Positions 1 through 9,721 of a stretch of 64,000 bases of DNA are shown here, one piece after another. The stretch covers positions 2,048,001 to 2,112,000 of the forward strand of contig OZ242180.1 in the NCBI GenBank assembly GCA_965205485.1, in the 5' to 3' direction. Made by a program: the position numbers and the translations under genes. The notes beneath the pieces were generated by a model, which was given only the letters and a program-made list of their open reading frames with translations, searched no databases and was not told where the DNA came from. The stretch comes from Candidatus Latescibacterota bacterium. Its GTDB lineage: Bacteria; Latescibacterota; UBA2968; GCA-2709665. The number at the start of each line of letters is the position of its first letter. The stretch's first letter is position 1.

Positions 1-265
1 CCATTGACGTCTCCCTGTGTTTAATTGATCCGGCGCATTTTCGCGATGTCGTCACGTCGTATCCGGATACAGGAAACCCCTTGACATACGTGTCAAGGGG
101 TCTGCACAACTTCCCGTTACCAGTTCGGGCGCGGCCGCCGCGCGCAGGTTATCGCGGGCGGCGAAGACCTGTCCATGACGGCGGGCAGGTGTGCCGAGAT
201 TCCGTTACGCATGCGAAACTCCGGGTGCGGCTGCAAGGATAGTCCATTCATCTGACGAGTCCTCC

Positions 266-294
266 AATATACGGGATTGCCCAGGCTGTGTCAA
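266..294 (-). promoter_or_regulatory. sigma70-type promoter for a divergent gene that begins at the left window edge
   Basis: Minus strand TTGACA (294-289), N17, TATATT (271-266). An ATG with a GGGAG RBS sits at positions 4-2 on the minus strand. Confidence 0.6.
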
Positions 295-385
295 CCGGCA
301 TCTGGCGGGCATTTCGGCCCTTCCCTTCGTCTCGCCGCGTTTTCAATTCGTAACGGAATCGCAATAAACAGGTATGGATTTTGCC

Positions 386-414
386 TTGACATCCAATTTC
401 CTATTCGTTAGATT
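386..414 (+). promoter_or_regulatory. sigma70-type promoter of the TPR-ExbBD-TonB cluster
   Basis: TTGACA (386-391), N17, TAGATT (409-414), about 100 bp before the ATG at 515. Confidence 0.55.
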
Positions 415-514
415 TCTATGTTTCTAAGTGTTACATGTGTCTATGCGTCTTGGTACCAGCGATTTACGATGAATCGACGGTGCGGCGCGGCTGTATCGTC
501 GAGGAGTTGTTTTC

Positions 515-1717
515 ATGATATTCAGGCCTTCGGACGGCATCGTTATCATTCTCTGCGGTTTTCTGTTCCTGGGCCTGTTTTCGCCGGTCGAGGCCAGAAG
601 AAAGTCGAAAAAGGATGAACACAAGCCGCGCGAAGCGCCCGTGGACTCGGGGGCGATGTCAAGGAAGCATGTTTATTTCGGCAAGCGGTATCTGGATAAC
701 AAACAGTACGACGACGCCCAGGTGCAACTGTCGAAGTCATGGGACTTCAATTCGCGGAATGCCCAAACCGCGTACTATCTGGGCAAGTTGTACAATGAGA
801 CGGAAAAACCCGAGGACGCCATTACCTGGTTCAACAAAGCAATTGAACTGAATCCCGCGGGCCCCAACGCGCGAAACGCGCTCTACTACCTCGGCCAGCT
901 TTACGTACAGGAAGGGATGCTCAAGGAGGCCATCGAGGTATACGAAAAGCTTCTCACAATTGCGAAGAAACCCGAACAGCAGGTCCAGTACCTGCATCAG
1001 CTGGTCACGCTTTATATTGAAATCGAAGACTACGATTCAGCGCTGAAGCATACCCGACACTGGGGCCAGTTGGAACCTGACAATCCCGACGTCCAGGACG
1101 CGATCGCAAAGCTCACCCTGCATATGGGGGACGAAGACGAAGCCCTCAAGGAGATGGAGCGGCTGCTGGAAATAAACCCCGAAGATTATACGACGCTCGA
1201 CAATCTCGCCAGGTTGTACGTCCGCATGGGTATGGTCCAGAAGGCGTTCGACGCATATCTGAAGCTCCACGCGCACAGCCCGGAAGATTTCCTTTACCTG
1301 GATCAGCTGCTCAATCTCGGGAAACAGCTGAACAAATCCAGACGGTTTCAAATCGACATCCTTAGAAAGATGATCAGGCTCCAGCCCGACAACCTCAGCG
1401 TCGTCGAGCAACTGGCCGATATGACAGGCGATATCAGTCTGGTCGACAGAGGGCTCAGACTGGATCCGGGAAACGGAAAATTCAACTACATGAGGGGCGA
1501 GTTCCATTACAGGAAGTGGAAGAAATCCAATGCTGCGCGGGATTCCGTCAACGCGCTGAAATGGTTCGGGAGAGCCCGCAAGGATCCGCTCTGGGCCGGA
1601 AACGCCAAACGGATGATCGATGAAATCAACCCTCCCATGTCCGAGGAGGAGAAGAAGAGACTGGAATTCTTCAAAAAGAAGAAGGAGGAGGAGGTAGATA
1701 TCGAAGGGAAGAAATGA
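515..1717 (+). CDS. exported tetratricopeptide-repeat protein
   Basis: 400 aa; N-terminal hydrophobic signal ending VEA; repeated TPR patterns (AYYLGKLY..AITWFNKAIELNP, ALYYLGQLY..AIEVYEKLL); AGGAG RBS. Confidence 0.85.
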   Translation: MIFRPSDGIVIILCGFLFLGLFSPVEARRKSKKDEHKPREAPVDSGAMSRKHVYFGKRYLDNKQYDDAQVQLSKSWDFNSRNAQTAYYLGKLYNETEKPEDAITWFNKAIELNPAGPNARNALYYLGQLYVQEGMLKEAIEVYEKLLTIAKKPEQQVQYLHQLVTLYIEIEDYDSALKHTRHWGQLEPDNPDVQDAIAKLTLHMGDEDEALKEMERLLEINPEDYTTLDNLARLYVRMGMVQKAFDAYLKLHAHSPEDFLYLDQLLNLGKQLNKSRRFQIDILRKMIRLQPDNLSVVEQLADMTGDISLVDRGLRLDPGNGKFNYMRGEFHYRKWKKSNAARDSVNALKWFGRARKDPLWAGNAKRMIDEINPPMSEEEKKRLEFFKKKKEEEVDIEGKK

Positions 1718-1851
1718 GTCGTGGCGGTCTCCGGGGAAACGACGGGTTCTCCGTGCATTCGTCGTGGAAATCTTATGGTTTCCGGGGCTCGCCGGCAGTC
1801 CGCAATCCACAATTCAATCGTGGCCGATTGGCGACGGTCTGCGCTTCTCGC

Positions 1852-1886
1852 GCTCGGGAACTCACCGGTAATTTTAAAACAATTTC
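1852..1886 (-). mobile_element. one-ended remnant of MITE family B
   Basis: 1852-1880 is an exact reverse complement of gttttaaaattaccggtgagttcccgagc at the left end of the 26142 element; the other end is not recognisable. Confidence 0.7.
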
Positions 1887-1931
1887 GTATACATCCGTAG
1901 CGAACATTCACATCAACTGGGGGATTGAGGC

Positions 1932-2558
1932 ATGGTTGAACTTTATGTAAACGGCGGGCCCTTCATGCACCCGCTTCTGCTTATGCTGCTTTTCGGTATT
2001 GCGGTCAGTATTGAACGTTTCTGGTCGCTTTGGCGTTCTTCCATCGACACGCGTGAGTTTTTCACGGCGGTTCAGGAAGCGCTCAAGCAGCGGGGGCCGG
2101 AAGGCGTGGCCGAGGTCTGCGCAAGTCACAGGGGTCCGGTCGCCTCGGTTCTCCATGCCGGCCTTCTCCGCTTGGACCGTGGGCTTGAACACGTCGAGAA
2201 AGCGATAGAAGAATCCGGCGCCATCGAAATGGCGTTCCTGGAAAAAGGCATGGTCTGGCTGTCCACCGTAGCCAATATCGCCCCACTGCTCGGGTTCCTC
2301 GGGACGGTGAGCGGTATGATCAGCGCCTTCGACGCCATTGCGAAAGCCGGCGACGTCGAGCCAAGTATTGTGGCCGCCGGTATTTCCGAAGCGCTGATCA
2401 CCACCGCATCCGGACTGGTCATCGCCATTCCAATCCAGGCGTTGCACAACCTCTTCGTCTCAAAGATAGACAAGATCATCATCGATATGCAGGAGAGTTC
2501 CTCTCAGTTCATCGACGAACTGATCCAGGCTGGCTACGATACGCCCGCGGGAGAATAA
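1932..2558 (+). CDS. exbB: MotA/TolQ/ExbB proton channel family protein
   Basis: GGPFMHPLL N-terminus, APLLGFLGTVSGMI and GISEALITTASGLVIAIP motifs. Confidence 0.92.
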   Translation: MVELYVNGGPFMHPLLLMLLFGIAVSIERFWSLWRSSIDTREFFTAVQEALKQRGPEGVAEVCASHRGPVASVLHAGLLRLDRGLEHVEKAIEESGAIEMAFLEKGMVWLSTVANIAPLLGFLGTVSGMISAFDAIAKAGDVEPSIVAAGISEALITTASGLVIAIPIQALHNLFVSKIDKIIIDMQESSSQFIDELIQAGYDTPAGE

Positions 2559-2561
2559 GCC

Positions 2562-2978
2562 ATGGCGAACAAGCCACAGTTGGCAAGGCGGAACAAATCC
2601 AATCCCGAAATCCCGACTTCGTCGATGGCGGACATCGCCTTTCTGCTGATTGTCTTTTTCCTGGTGACCACCACAATGAACCAGGACAAGGGCATTGGCA
2701 TGCAGCTTCCGCCCGCCGGAGAAAACAAGAAAATCCAGAAAAAGAATATCTGCAACGTCTGGGTGAATGCCGCCGGTGACATCCTCATCAACCTGGAACA
2801 GGAAGTTCCCCTCGGGCAGCTGCGCGCCGACATCGAGCGGCGGCTGAGCGAAAACGACAAGCTGATCGTTTCCCTCAAGGCGGACGAGGAGACGCCCTAT
2901 AACGCATTCATAGACGTTCTGGATGAGATCAAGCTTTCGGGTGCAACGCGGATCTCTCTCGCATCTCCGGAAAAGTAG
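2562..2978 (+). CDS. exbD: ExbD/TolR family protein
   Basis: SMADIAFLLIVFFLVTT transmembrane motif with conserved Asp; LKADEETPY..IDVLDE periplasmic motif. Confidence 0.92.
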   Translation: MANKPQLARRNKSNPEIPTSSMADIAFLLIVFFLVTTTMNQDKGIGMQLPPAGENKKIQKKNICNVWVNAAGDILINLEQEVPLGQLRADIERRLSENDKLIVSLKADEETPYNAFIDVLDEIKLSGATRISLASPEK

Positions 2979-3005
2979 GTTCGTCCGGCAACAGGAGTTC
3001 TCAGC

Positions 3006-3416
3006 ATGGCGGATTTTTCAAAAAAATCAGGGGTACATACGTCCATTCCAACCGGTTCAATGGCGGATATCGCCTTTCTTCTCCTGATCTTTTTCATGGT
3101 CACGACGGTTTTCGTCCGCTACCGGGTCACGGGGATCGTATTGCCCAGGGCTGAAAAGGTCGAGGAAATCAAGACGCGCCGCCATATTTCCTACGTCTGG
3201 ATTTCCGCGGACCGGAAGGTCTACATAGACGACAAGATCGCCCAGGTCAACCAGGTTGCTCCCATCTTCTACGAACGCCGCGTGCAGAACCCGCGGCTGA
3301 TCGTCTCACTCAAGTGCGATACGCGGGCGCCCTACGGGCTGGTGTCCGAAGTGATCGAGGAACTGCGCAAAGCCGACGCCCTCCGCGTCAACTTTGCCAC
3401 CGATCGAGAGAGGTAA
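3006..3416 (+). CDS. exbD: second ExbD/TolR family protein
   Basis: SMADIAFLLLIFFMVTT motif; LKCDTRAPYG..VIEELR; AGGAG RBS. Confidence 0.92.
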   Translation: MADFSKKSGVHTSIPTGSMADIAFLLLIFFMVTTVFVRYRVTGIVLPRAEKVEEIKTRRHISYVWISADRKVYIDDKIAQVNQVAPIFYERRVQNPRLIVSLKCDTRAPYGLVSEVIEELRKADALRVNFATDRER

Positions 3417-3421
3417 CGCAT

Positions 3422-4093
3422 ATGGCCTATATCATAGGTAAGGATATCGTCCGGAGGAAGTACCCTGAACACGATCTCAGGCGGCGTTATCCAAAAGTCT
3501 TCTGGACGTCGGTCGGGATCTCCTGCGCCCTGCACCTGATCATGGCGATCCTTTTTCCCACGTTCGATATTCGGGCCTCGGCGGGGAAGAAAGACCAGAT
3601 CATCATCCAGATGGAGGAGATCCCGGAAACGCGCCAGATTCAGCGGCCGCCCCCGCCTCCACGGCCGGCCATGCCGGTTGAAACCGAAAGCGACGATGTA
3701 CCCGACGACGTGACCATCGAAACGACCGACCTCGACCTGGATCAGGCCCCCGTAGACCTGCCGCCCCCGCCTCCGGGCGCTACCGAAGCGCCGATGGAAG
3801 AAGAAGTGATGGAGTTCTGGAGCGTGGAGGAAAAACCGGAACTGACCAAGGGAGTCAGCCCCAAATATCCCGAGATCGCCCGCAAAGCGGGGTTGGAGGG
3901 CAATGTTTTCGTCAAGTTCATGGTGCGCAGAGACGGTCGGACGGACAAGGTTCAGGTGTTGAGGGGCCAGGAGATCTTCAGGCAGGCGGCCATCGACGCA
4001 GTCAGACAGTTCGTATTCAAGCCGGCCATACAGAATGACAAGCCCGTGAATGTCTGGATGACCCAGGCCATCAAATTCAAGCTGCACGATTGA
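3422..4093 (+). CDS. tonB: TonB family energy transducer
   Basis: Start moved to ATG 3422 (GAGG RBS). TM helix, proline-rich linker (RPPPPPRP, LPPPPPG), TonB_C (PKYPEIARKAGLEGNVFVKF..FKPA..KPV). Confidence 0.9.
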   Translation: MAYIIGKDIVRRKYPEHDLRRRYPKVFWTSVGISCALHLIMAILFPTFDIRASAGKKDQIIIQMEEIPETRQIQRPPPPPRPAMPVETESDDVPDDVTIETTDLDLDQAPVDLPPPPPGATEAPMEEEVMEFWSVEEKPELTKGVSPKYPEIARKAGLEGNVFVKFMVRRDGRTDKVQVLRGQEIFRQAAIDAVRQFVFKPAIQNDKPVNVWMTQAIKFKLHD

Positions 4094-4122
4094 GCCCGCA
4101 CACGGCAGTACGAACTCCACGG

Positions 4123-4153
4123 AGGCCATCACACAACCGGTGGTGGCCTTTCC
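4123..4153 (+). terminator. possible terminator hairpin after tonB
   Basis: aggccatcac-loop-gtggtggcct followed by a short, weak T tract. Confidence 0.4.
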
Positions 4154-4253
4154 ACATGTCCTGGGTGTTTGACAATATCCCGGGATTTGCCAATATTAAT
4201 CTTTCGAAAGACCACGTTTCCATCAACCTGTATTCTCGAGAGGATCACCTGAT

Positions 4254-5468
4254 ATGCGTTGTCGACAGTCTTTGCTTCTGGTCTTTTGCCTTCTATTCTG
4301 CCAGCCCGCGTGGGCTCAAGTCGCTCCCGAATCGGCGGAAAAATACAACGACGGTCAGGCCCTTTTCGAGAAAAGGCGTTATCAGCAGGCGCTCCAGGCG
4401 TTTGAAGACGCCGTTAAGCTGGATGGCAACAATGCCCAGGCCTATCGAGGTATGGCCAAGACCTACCAGAAGCTCAAGGATTCCGAGAAGGCCATCGCCA
4501 ATTTTCGAATGGCCACCACGGTAAAGGCGGATTACGTTGAAGCCCATTATGAACTTGGGAATCTATTCTTCAACCTGAAAAAGTACAAGGAGGCGCAGGC
4601 GGCGTTCCAGGCGGTGCTGAAGCTCGACGGCAATTTTCAGAACGGCAATGCACGGAATCTGCTGAAAGCGGCCTATTCACGGCAGGGCAGGGAACACCTG
4701 CTCAGGAAGAACTACAGGAAAGCGATCGAGGAATACGAAAACGCAACGCAACTCGATCCCACGGATGCCACCAATTACTACAATCTCGGTCTGTCAGCCA
4801 GAAACGCGCGCAAGATCAAGCAGGCCGAGACCGCCTTTACAACGGCCGTCGAGCTCAATCCCAAGTACGCCAAGGCCCATCGACAACTGGGTGACCTGTA
4901 TCGCCTTACCAAGAGAAACAGCAGGGCGATCCGGAGTTACAGCCGGGCGATCGATAGCGATCCCAATAACAAAGACAAAAAGAATATCAACGCGTACCGC
5001 AGCCTGGCCCTTGTGTACAATCAAACAAAACAACATTCCAAGGCCGTCGCTACCCTTAGAAAAGGCGTTGCGGTGGCGCCAACCAACAGAGACAAAGTCA
5101 GAATCTATACGGCCCTGGGATACTCGCATGCGTTGGGGAAGAACTACAGGAGCGCCGTGTCCGCGTATCAGCAGGCGCTCGCGTTGAACTCCAGGGACAG
5201 CGAAGCCCAGTACAGGGCGGCGGTCGCCTATTTCGAACTCAAACAATACCAGAACGCCCTCAACTACGCCAGAAGAGCCGCGCGGGACCGAAGGTACGGC
5301 GTACCGGCGTACGTCATCATGGGCGACGTATACGACGCGTGGCGGCCCCAGGGATGGAAGGAAAAAGCGATTCAAAACTACTCCAGGGGACTCAGGGACC
5401 GGAAATTCAAAAAGTACTGCGAGGACAAGATCGATCGCATCAAAAACCCCGTTGATACTGGAGAGTAA
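4254..5468 (+). CDS. exported tetratricopeptide-repeat protein
   Basis: 404 aa; signal peptide ending PAWA-Q; many TPR units (AHYELGNLFF, NYYNLGLSA, AHRQLGDLY). Confidence 0.9.
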   Translation: MRCRQSLLLVFCLLFCQPAWAQVAPESAEKYNDGQALFEKRRYQQALQAFEDAVKLDGNNAQAYRGMAKTYQKLKDSEKAIANFRMATTVKADYVEAHYELGNLFFNLKKYKEAQAAFQAVLKLDGNFQNGNARNLLKAAYSRQGREHLLRKNYRKAIEEYENATQLDPTDATNYYNLGLSARNARKIKQAETAFTTAVELNPKYAKAHRQLGDLYRLTKRNSRAIRSYSRAIDSDPNNKDKKNINAYRSLALVYNQTKQHSKAVATLRKGVAVAPTNRDKVRIYTALGYSHALGKNYRSAVSAYQQALALNSRDSEAQYRAAVAYFELKQYQNALNYARRAARDRRYGVPAYVIMGDVYDAWRPQGWKEKAIQNYSRGLRDRKFKKYCEDKIDRIKNPVDTGE

Positions 5469-5524
5469 CGACACGAAGCATAAAACCCGGCGTGTCATCC
5501 ACCCGCGCCGGCGCGCCTCCAGAA

Positions 5525-5690
5525 TAGCAGTCCGTTGATAAAGTCGCTCTGCAGGCGAGGCCGAGCCATTGTGGCCGAAGACAAGGCGCGCGACCGAGTC
5601 CCATCCAGCGATTCGGCGAGGGAGCGCAACGCAGTATTTCGACCGCAAGGGCCGGCCGTAGCCCGGATGGGCTTTTTCAACGGGCTGTTA
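5525..5690 (+). mobile_element. MITE family A, full-length copy (166 bp including flanking TA)
   Basis: Imperfect terminal inverted repeats TAgcagtccgttgataaag ... ctttttcaacgggctgtTA; 6 mismatches by hand alignment to the inverted copy at 46944-47109; no transposase. Confidence 0.85.
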
Positions 5691-5885
5691 GTAATAATCC
5701 CACGCCTTGAACATTCCGTTTCGCGTCAGAGTCGTTTGTCTCATGCAAACCGCAGGCCGTTTTGCGCCGGGGGCCCGGACGCTTGCGCGGGCGAAATCGC
5801 CAAAACGGTCATCCTCCTGCCAGCAAGCTGTCCACCGGTTCATGCATCCATATAGCGTTTAACCGCCCCCTGAAACGACCACGTC

Positions 5886-6323
5886 TTGACGCTCGAAAAC
5901 TTCACGTTTCTTCTTGCCTTTCTGGGCTATCTCGGGCTGTCGGCGAATCTGGTACTCACCGCCAGGGGTACGTGCAGCCGCCCGGCCATCGCCCTGGTTG
6001 CGCTGGTTGCCGTCGCCCACGTCTACCTGGTCTGGGCGTACCGGTACGACTGGCAGTTCGCCATGGCCGTCCGAAACGGCTACGCCGGCTTCTTCATCTT
6101 CCACTCGGCGCTCCTGTCTATCGTAACCGCCACGTTTGTACCGCCGGCGATCTGCAGGTCCCTTATCGCCCTTTCGTTTCTGATCGTTTCCGCAGGCGCC
6201 TCGGGAGCCGTGTTCAGATACGAAGTCGTCAGCATTTATCGCATTCCCGTGCTGCTCAACGCGGGTCTCGGTCTGGGATTCCTCGTCTACAATCAGTATC
6301 GCGGAATCAGGCCGGCCAGGTGA
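5886..6323 (+). CDS. hypothetical integral membrane protein
   Basis: 145 aa with about 5 hydrophobic segments; co-oriented with downstream genes; TTG start uncertain. Confidence 0.65.
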   Translation: MTLENFTFLLAFLGYLGLSANLVLTARGTCSRPAIALVALVAVAHVYLVWAYRYDWQFAMAVRNGYAGFFIFHSALLSIVTATFVPPAICRSLIALSFLIVSAGASGAVFRYEVVSIYRIPVLLNAGLGLGFLVYNQYRGIRPAR

Positions 6324-6374
6324 TCCACGACCAGATCGCGGGCAGCCGGAAATAGCCAGCCTGCCCGGACCGAC

Positions 6375-7004
6375 ATGACCTCGATTGCAGAGATCCGCCG
6401 GCATCTCGCCGGATATCACCCGCGTCTGGCATCCGGAGACCGGGCCCGCGCCGCCGTGGCATTGGTCCTGCATCAACAGCAGGAAGCGGTTCACCTGCTT
6501 TTTATCGAGCGTTCGCAGCGCGATGGCGATCCGTGGTCGGGCCACGTCGCGTTCCCGGGGGGCAGGGTGGAACCACGCGACGGGAACGCGCGCATGGCCG
6601 CGGAGCGCGAGACTCGGGAGGAAGTCGGCCTGGATCTCGGGACGGCTGAGTATCTCGGTCGACTGGATGACGTCACCGGTGCGACCCTTCCCATCCTCGT
6701 ATCGGGGTTCGTCTACAACGTCGAAATCAGAGATCGGCTGCGTCCAAACCACGAAGTCAAGGACGCTTTCTGGGTGCAATTGAACGTACTCGCCGACGCC
6801 GCATGCCATCGTGAGCGGAGCTTCAGGATCGACAACGCGGAGCGCCGCTTTTCCACGATCGATCTGCCGGGTCCGCGCCACCGCGTACTCTGGGGTATTT
6901 CATATCGCCTGGTCTCGCAGTTGCTGGCGCTCCTGGGCCACCCGTTCCGTTCATCGCTGCCGGCCCCGGCGCCGGGTCGTTCCAAACCCGGAGCGGAAGG
7001 ATGA
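6375..7004 (+). CDS. NUDIX hydrolase, CoA pyrophosphatase-like
   Basis: AAVALVL..LLFIERS..DPWSGHVAFPGG..AAERETREEVG NUDIX box; LWGISY C-terminal motif. Confidence 0.88.
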   Translation: MTSIAEIRRHLAGYHPRLASGDRARAAVALVLHQQQEAVHLLFIERSQRDGDPWSGHVAFPGGRVEPRDGNARMAAERETREEVGLDLGTAEYLGRLDDVTGATLPILVSGFVYNVEIRDRLRPNHEVKDAFWVQLNVLADAACHRERSFRIDNAERRFSTIDLPGPRHRVLWGISYRLVSQLLALLGHPFRSSLPAPAPGRSKPGAEG

Positions 7005-8419
7005 ATTCAGCCGATCTTTGCCGTCTCCCGGCGGTCGAGCTGCGAAACCTGTATCAAAAGCGGGAACTCTCGCCCGTCGAGGTTACGCGTGCGGTTCTGG
7101 ACCGGATTGAACGGTTGAACCACACCTTCAACCCCTTCGTCACGGTCACCCACGAACGCGCCGTGGAACAGGCAGTTCGTGCCGAACGCGCCTATATGAG
7201 AGGGGAGGCCGGAATTCTGGCCGGCGTCCCCGGTTCACTCAAGGATCTTACCCCAACAAAGGATATCCGCACCGCCCGGGGATCCCTGCTCTACAGGAAC
7301 TGGGTGCCCGATTACGACGCGCCGCTGGCGGAACGCCTGTCAAACGCCGGGATGGTCCTTCTCGGCAAGACAACCACCCCCGAACTCGGCTGGAAGGGTG
7401 ATTCGGGAAACCGGATCAACGGGCCGGTGCACAACCCCTGGATGTACGGCCGTACCGCCGGCGGATCCAGCGGAGGCGCCGCGGCCGCCGTTGGCCTGGG
7501 TATGGGACCGGTTGCCCAGGGAACGGACGGAGCCGGATCCATTCGCATCCCGTGCAGCTTCTGCGGACTGTACGGACTCAAGCCGTCCTGGGGTCGTGTT
7601 CCCCAGTACCCGGCAAGTGTGGTCGAGTTGCTCTCGCACGCCGGCCCCGTCACCCGCACCGTTCGGGATGCCGCGTTGATGCTCACGGCCATGGCCGGCG
7701 CGCACCCCATGGACCGCCTCTCTCTGCCCGATTCCACCGATTACCTCCTGGAAATGGAAGGCGACATCGCCGGCCTGCGCGTTGCCTGGTCTCCCGATCT
7801 CGGTTACGTCCGGAGCGACCCCGAAGTCCTGTCGATCGCGGCCGGTGCGGCTGTTCGATTTCAGGAGCTCGGCTGTCTCGTCGAAGAGGCACATCCCGGA
7901 CTGCCCGACCCCTGGGACATTGCCGACACGATCTGGTCCGCATCGTTCGCGGGCGTGTTCGAGGACAACCTGGACGACGTCAGGGATCTCCTGGACGCCG
8001 GCCTCGTCGCCGTGATTGAAAGGGGGAAATCCGTCTCCGGGGCCCAACTGGCAACCGCTTACGCGCGGCGCAATGACTACTACCACGGATGGCGTGAGTT
8101 CATGAGCGCCTACGACCTGTTTATCTGTCCCACGCTTCCGGTTACAGCCTTTGCCGCCGGCCGCGATCATCCGGGGGAGATCACGGGGCAACCAGCCAGC
8201 TACCTCGGCTGGACCGCCTTTACGTACCCGTTCAACATCACTGGGCAGCCTGCTGCCACGGTCCCGGCCGGCTTTACCGACGACGGTCTCCCGGTGGGAC
8301 TTCAGATTGCAGGCCGATGGCGCGACGACGCGGGCGTGCTGCGCGCCTCAGCGGCCTTCGAATCGCTCGCACCCTGGGATAAGAAACTCCCCGCCGCCGC
8401 GCATAAGGAAGGGGCGTGA
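7001..8419 (+). CDS. amidase signature family enzyme
   Basis: GSLKD, GKTTTPE, TAGGSSGG, GTDGAGSIRIP (Lys-Ser-Ser triad); ATGA overlap with the NUDIX gene. Confidence 0.92.
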   Translation: MNSADLCRLPAVELRNLYQKRELSPVEVTRAVLDRIERLNHTFNPFVTVTHERAVEQAVRAERAYMRGEAGILAGVPGSLKDLTPTKDIRTARGSLLYRNWVPDYDAPLAERLSNAGMVLLGKTTTPELGWKGDSGNRINGPVHNPWMYGRTAGGSSGGAAAAVGLGMGPVAQGTDGAGSIRIPCSFCGLYGLKPSWGRVPQYPASVVELLSHAGPVTRTVRDAALMLTAMAGAHPMDRLSLPDSTDYLLEMEGDIAGLRVAWSPDLGYVRSDPEVLSIAAGAAVRFQELGCLVEEAHPGLPDPWDIADTIWSASFAGVFEDNLDDVRDLLDAGLVAVIERGKSVSGAQLATAYARRNDYYHGWREFMSAYDLFICPTLPVTAFAAGRDHPGEITGQPASYLGWTAFTYPFNITGQPAATVPAGFTDDGLPVGLQIAGRWRDDAGVLRASAAFESLAPWDKKLPAAAHKEGA

Positions 8420-8542
8420 CGCCGCGTCATTTCCGTAACGGCGGCGAACGCGTGTTTTCGCGAAAGACGCAATCCACATAAAGACGGCAATCAGGAGAGG
8501 GGAACCCGGCAACCGGGCCCGATTCACGGAAAGGACGGTCCG

Positions 8543-9721
8543 ATGATCATCAAACCCAGAATCCGGGGATTCATCTGTACGACGGCGCACCCCCTCGGCT
8601 GCGCGCACAATGTACAGGAACAGATCGACTGGGTAAGGAACCAGCCATCGCTGAAAGGCATCCGGAATGTGCTGGTCGTCGGCGCCTCGACGGGCTACGG
8701 GCTGGCCTCTCGAATCGCGGCCTGCTTCGGCGCCGCCGCCGGGACCGTGGGCGTATTCTTTGAAAGGCCGGCTGTGAGGAATCGCACGGCATCGGCTGGA
8801 TGGTACAATTCGGTTGCCTTCGAAAGAGCCGCTAAAGACGCGGGCTATTACTCGAAAAGCATCAACGGCGACGCGTTTTCCGATGAAATCAAGGAAGAGA
8901 CTGTCTCGGCCATCAGGGAAGACCTGGGAACTGTCGATCTCGTGGTTTACAGCCTGGCGTCGCCGCGGCGCACCCATCCCCGGACCGGGGCGCAATACAC
9001 CTCGGTATTGAAAACCGTGGGCGAACCGTACACGGGAAAGACGGTCGATATCCACACGGGCGTCGTCTCGGAGGTCACCATCGAACCGGCCACTGGGGAC
9101 GAGATCGACAATACTGTCGCCGTCATGGGGGGAGAAGACTGGGACCTGTGGATTCAGGCTCTCGAAGCGGCAGACGTGCTTGCCGAGGGCGTCAGCACGG
9201 TCGCGTTTACCTATATCGGACCGGAGCTGACCCGGCCGGTCTACGGAGACGGCACCATCGGGAGAGCCAAGGTCCACCTCGAGTCCACGGCCCGGGATCT
9301 GGACGCGCGGCTGAGGAAGAGAAACGGACGCGCCTACATCTCCGCGAACAAGGCCGTGGTCACCCAGTCAAGTGCGGCCGTACCGGTGGTATCCCTTTAC
9401 ATTTCGCTGCTATACAAAGTCATGAAGGAGAAGAACGTCCACGAAGGCTGCATAGAACAGATGTACCGGCTTCTGAAGGATCGAGTCTGTGCCGGAACGC
9501 AGGTACCCACAGACGAGAGCGGGCGCATCCGCATCGATGACCTGGAATTGAGGGAGGACGTGCAGTCGCGTATCGAGTCTCTCTGGCAGTCCGTGACGAC
9601 CGAAAACCTGGAAGCGGTATCCGACGTGCAGGTTTTCCGCGCGGAATTCCTCAAGCTCTTCGGCTTCGGCCTCCCTGCGGTTGACTACGCGGCCGACGCA
9701 GACCCGGACCAGCCCCTTTAG
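8543..9721 (+). CDS. fabV: trans-2-enoyl-CoA/ACP reductase FabV
   Basis: MIIKPRIRGFICTTAHPLGC N-terminus, GASTGYGLASRI, Y-x8-K (YGDGTIGRAK), HEGCIEQM. Confidence 0.95.
   Translation: MIIKPRIRGFICTTAHPLGCAHNVQEQIDWVRNQPSLKGIRNVLVVGASTGYGLASRIAACFGAAAGTVGVFFERPAVRNRTASAGWYNSVAFERAAKDAGYYSKSINGDAFSDEIKEETVSAIREDLGTVDLVVYSLASPRRTHPRTGAQYTSVLKTVGEPYTGKTVDIHTGVVSEVTIEPATGDEIDNTVAVMGGEDWDLWIQALEAADVLAEGVSTVAFTYIGPELTRPVYGDGTIGRAKVHLESTARDLDARLRKRNGRAYISANKAVVTQSSAAVPVVSLYISLLYKVMKEKNVHEGCIEQMYRLLKDRVCAGTQVPTDESGRIRIDDLELREDVQSRIESLWQSVTTENLEAVSDVQVFRAEFLKLFGFGLPAVDYAADADPDQPL

Noticed and set aside
5495..5855. Short ORFs repeated at MITE copies (5495-5680, 5535-5855, 34083-34304, 46954-47163, the ribD extension from 46986, 26196-26420, 29701-29925)
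   Set aside because: Their similarity comes from the repeated DNA; no RBS or transposase motifs.
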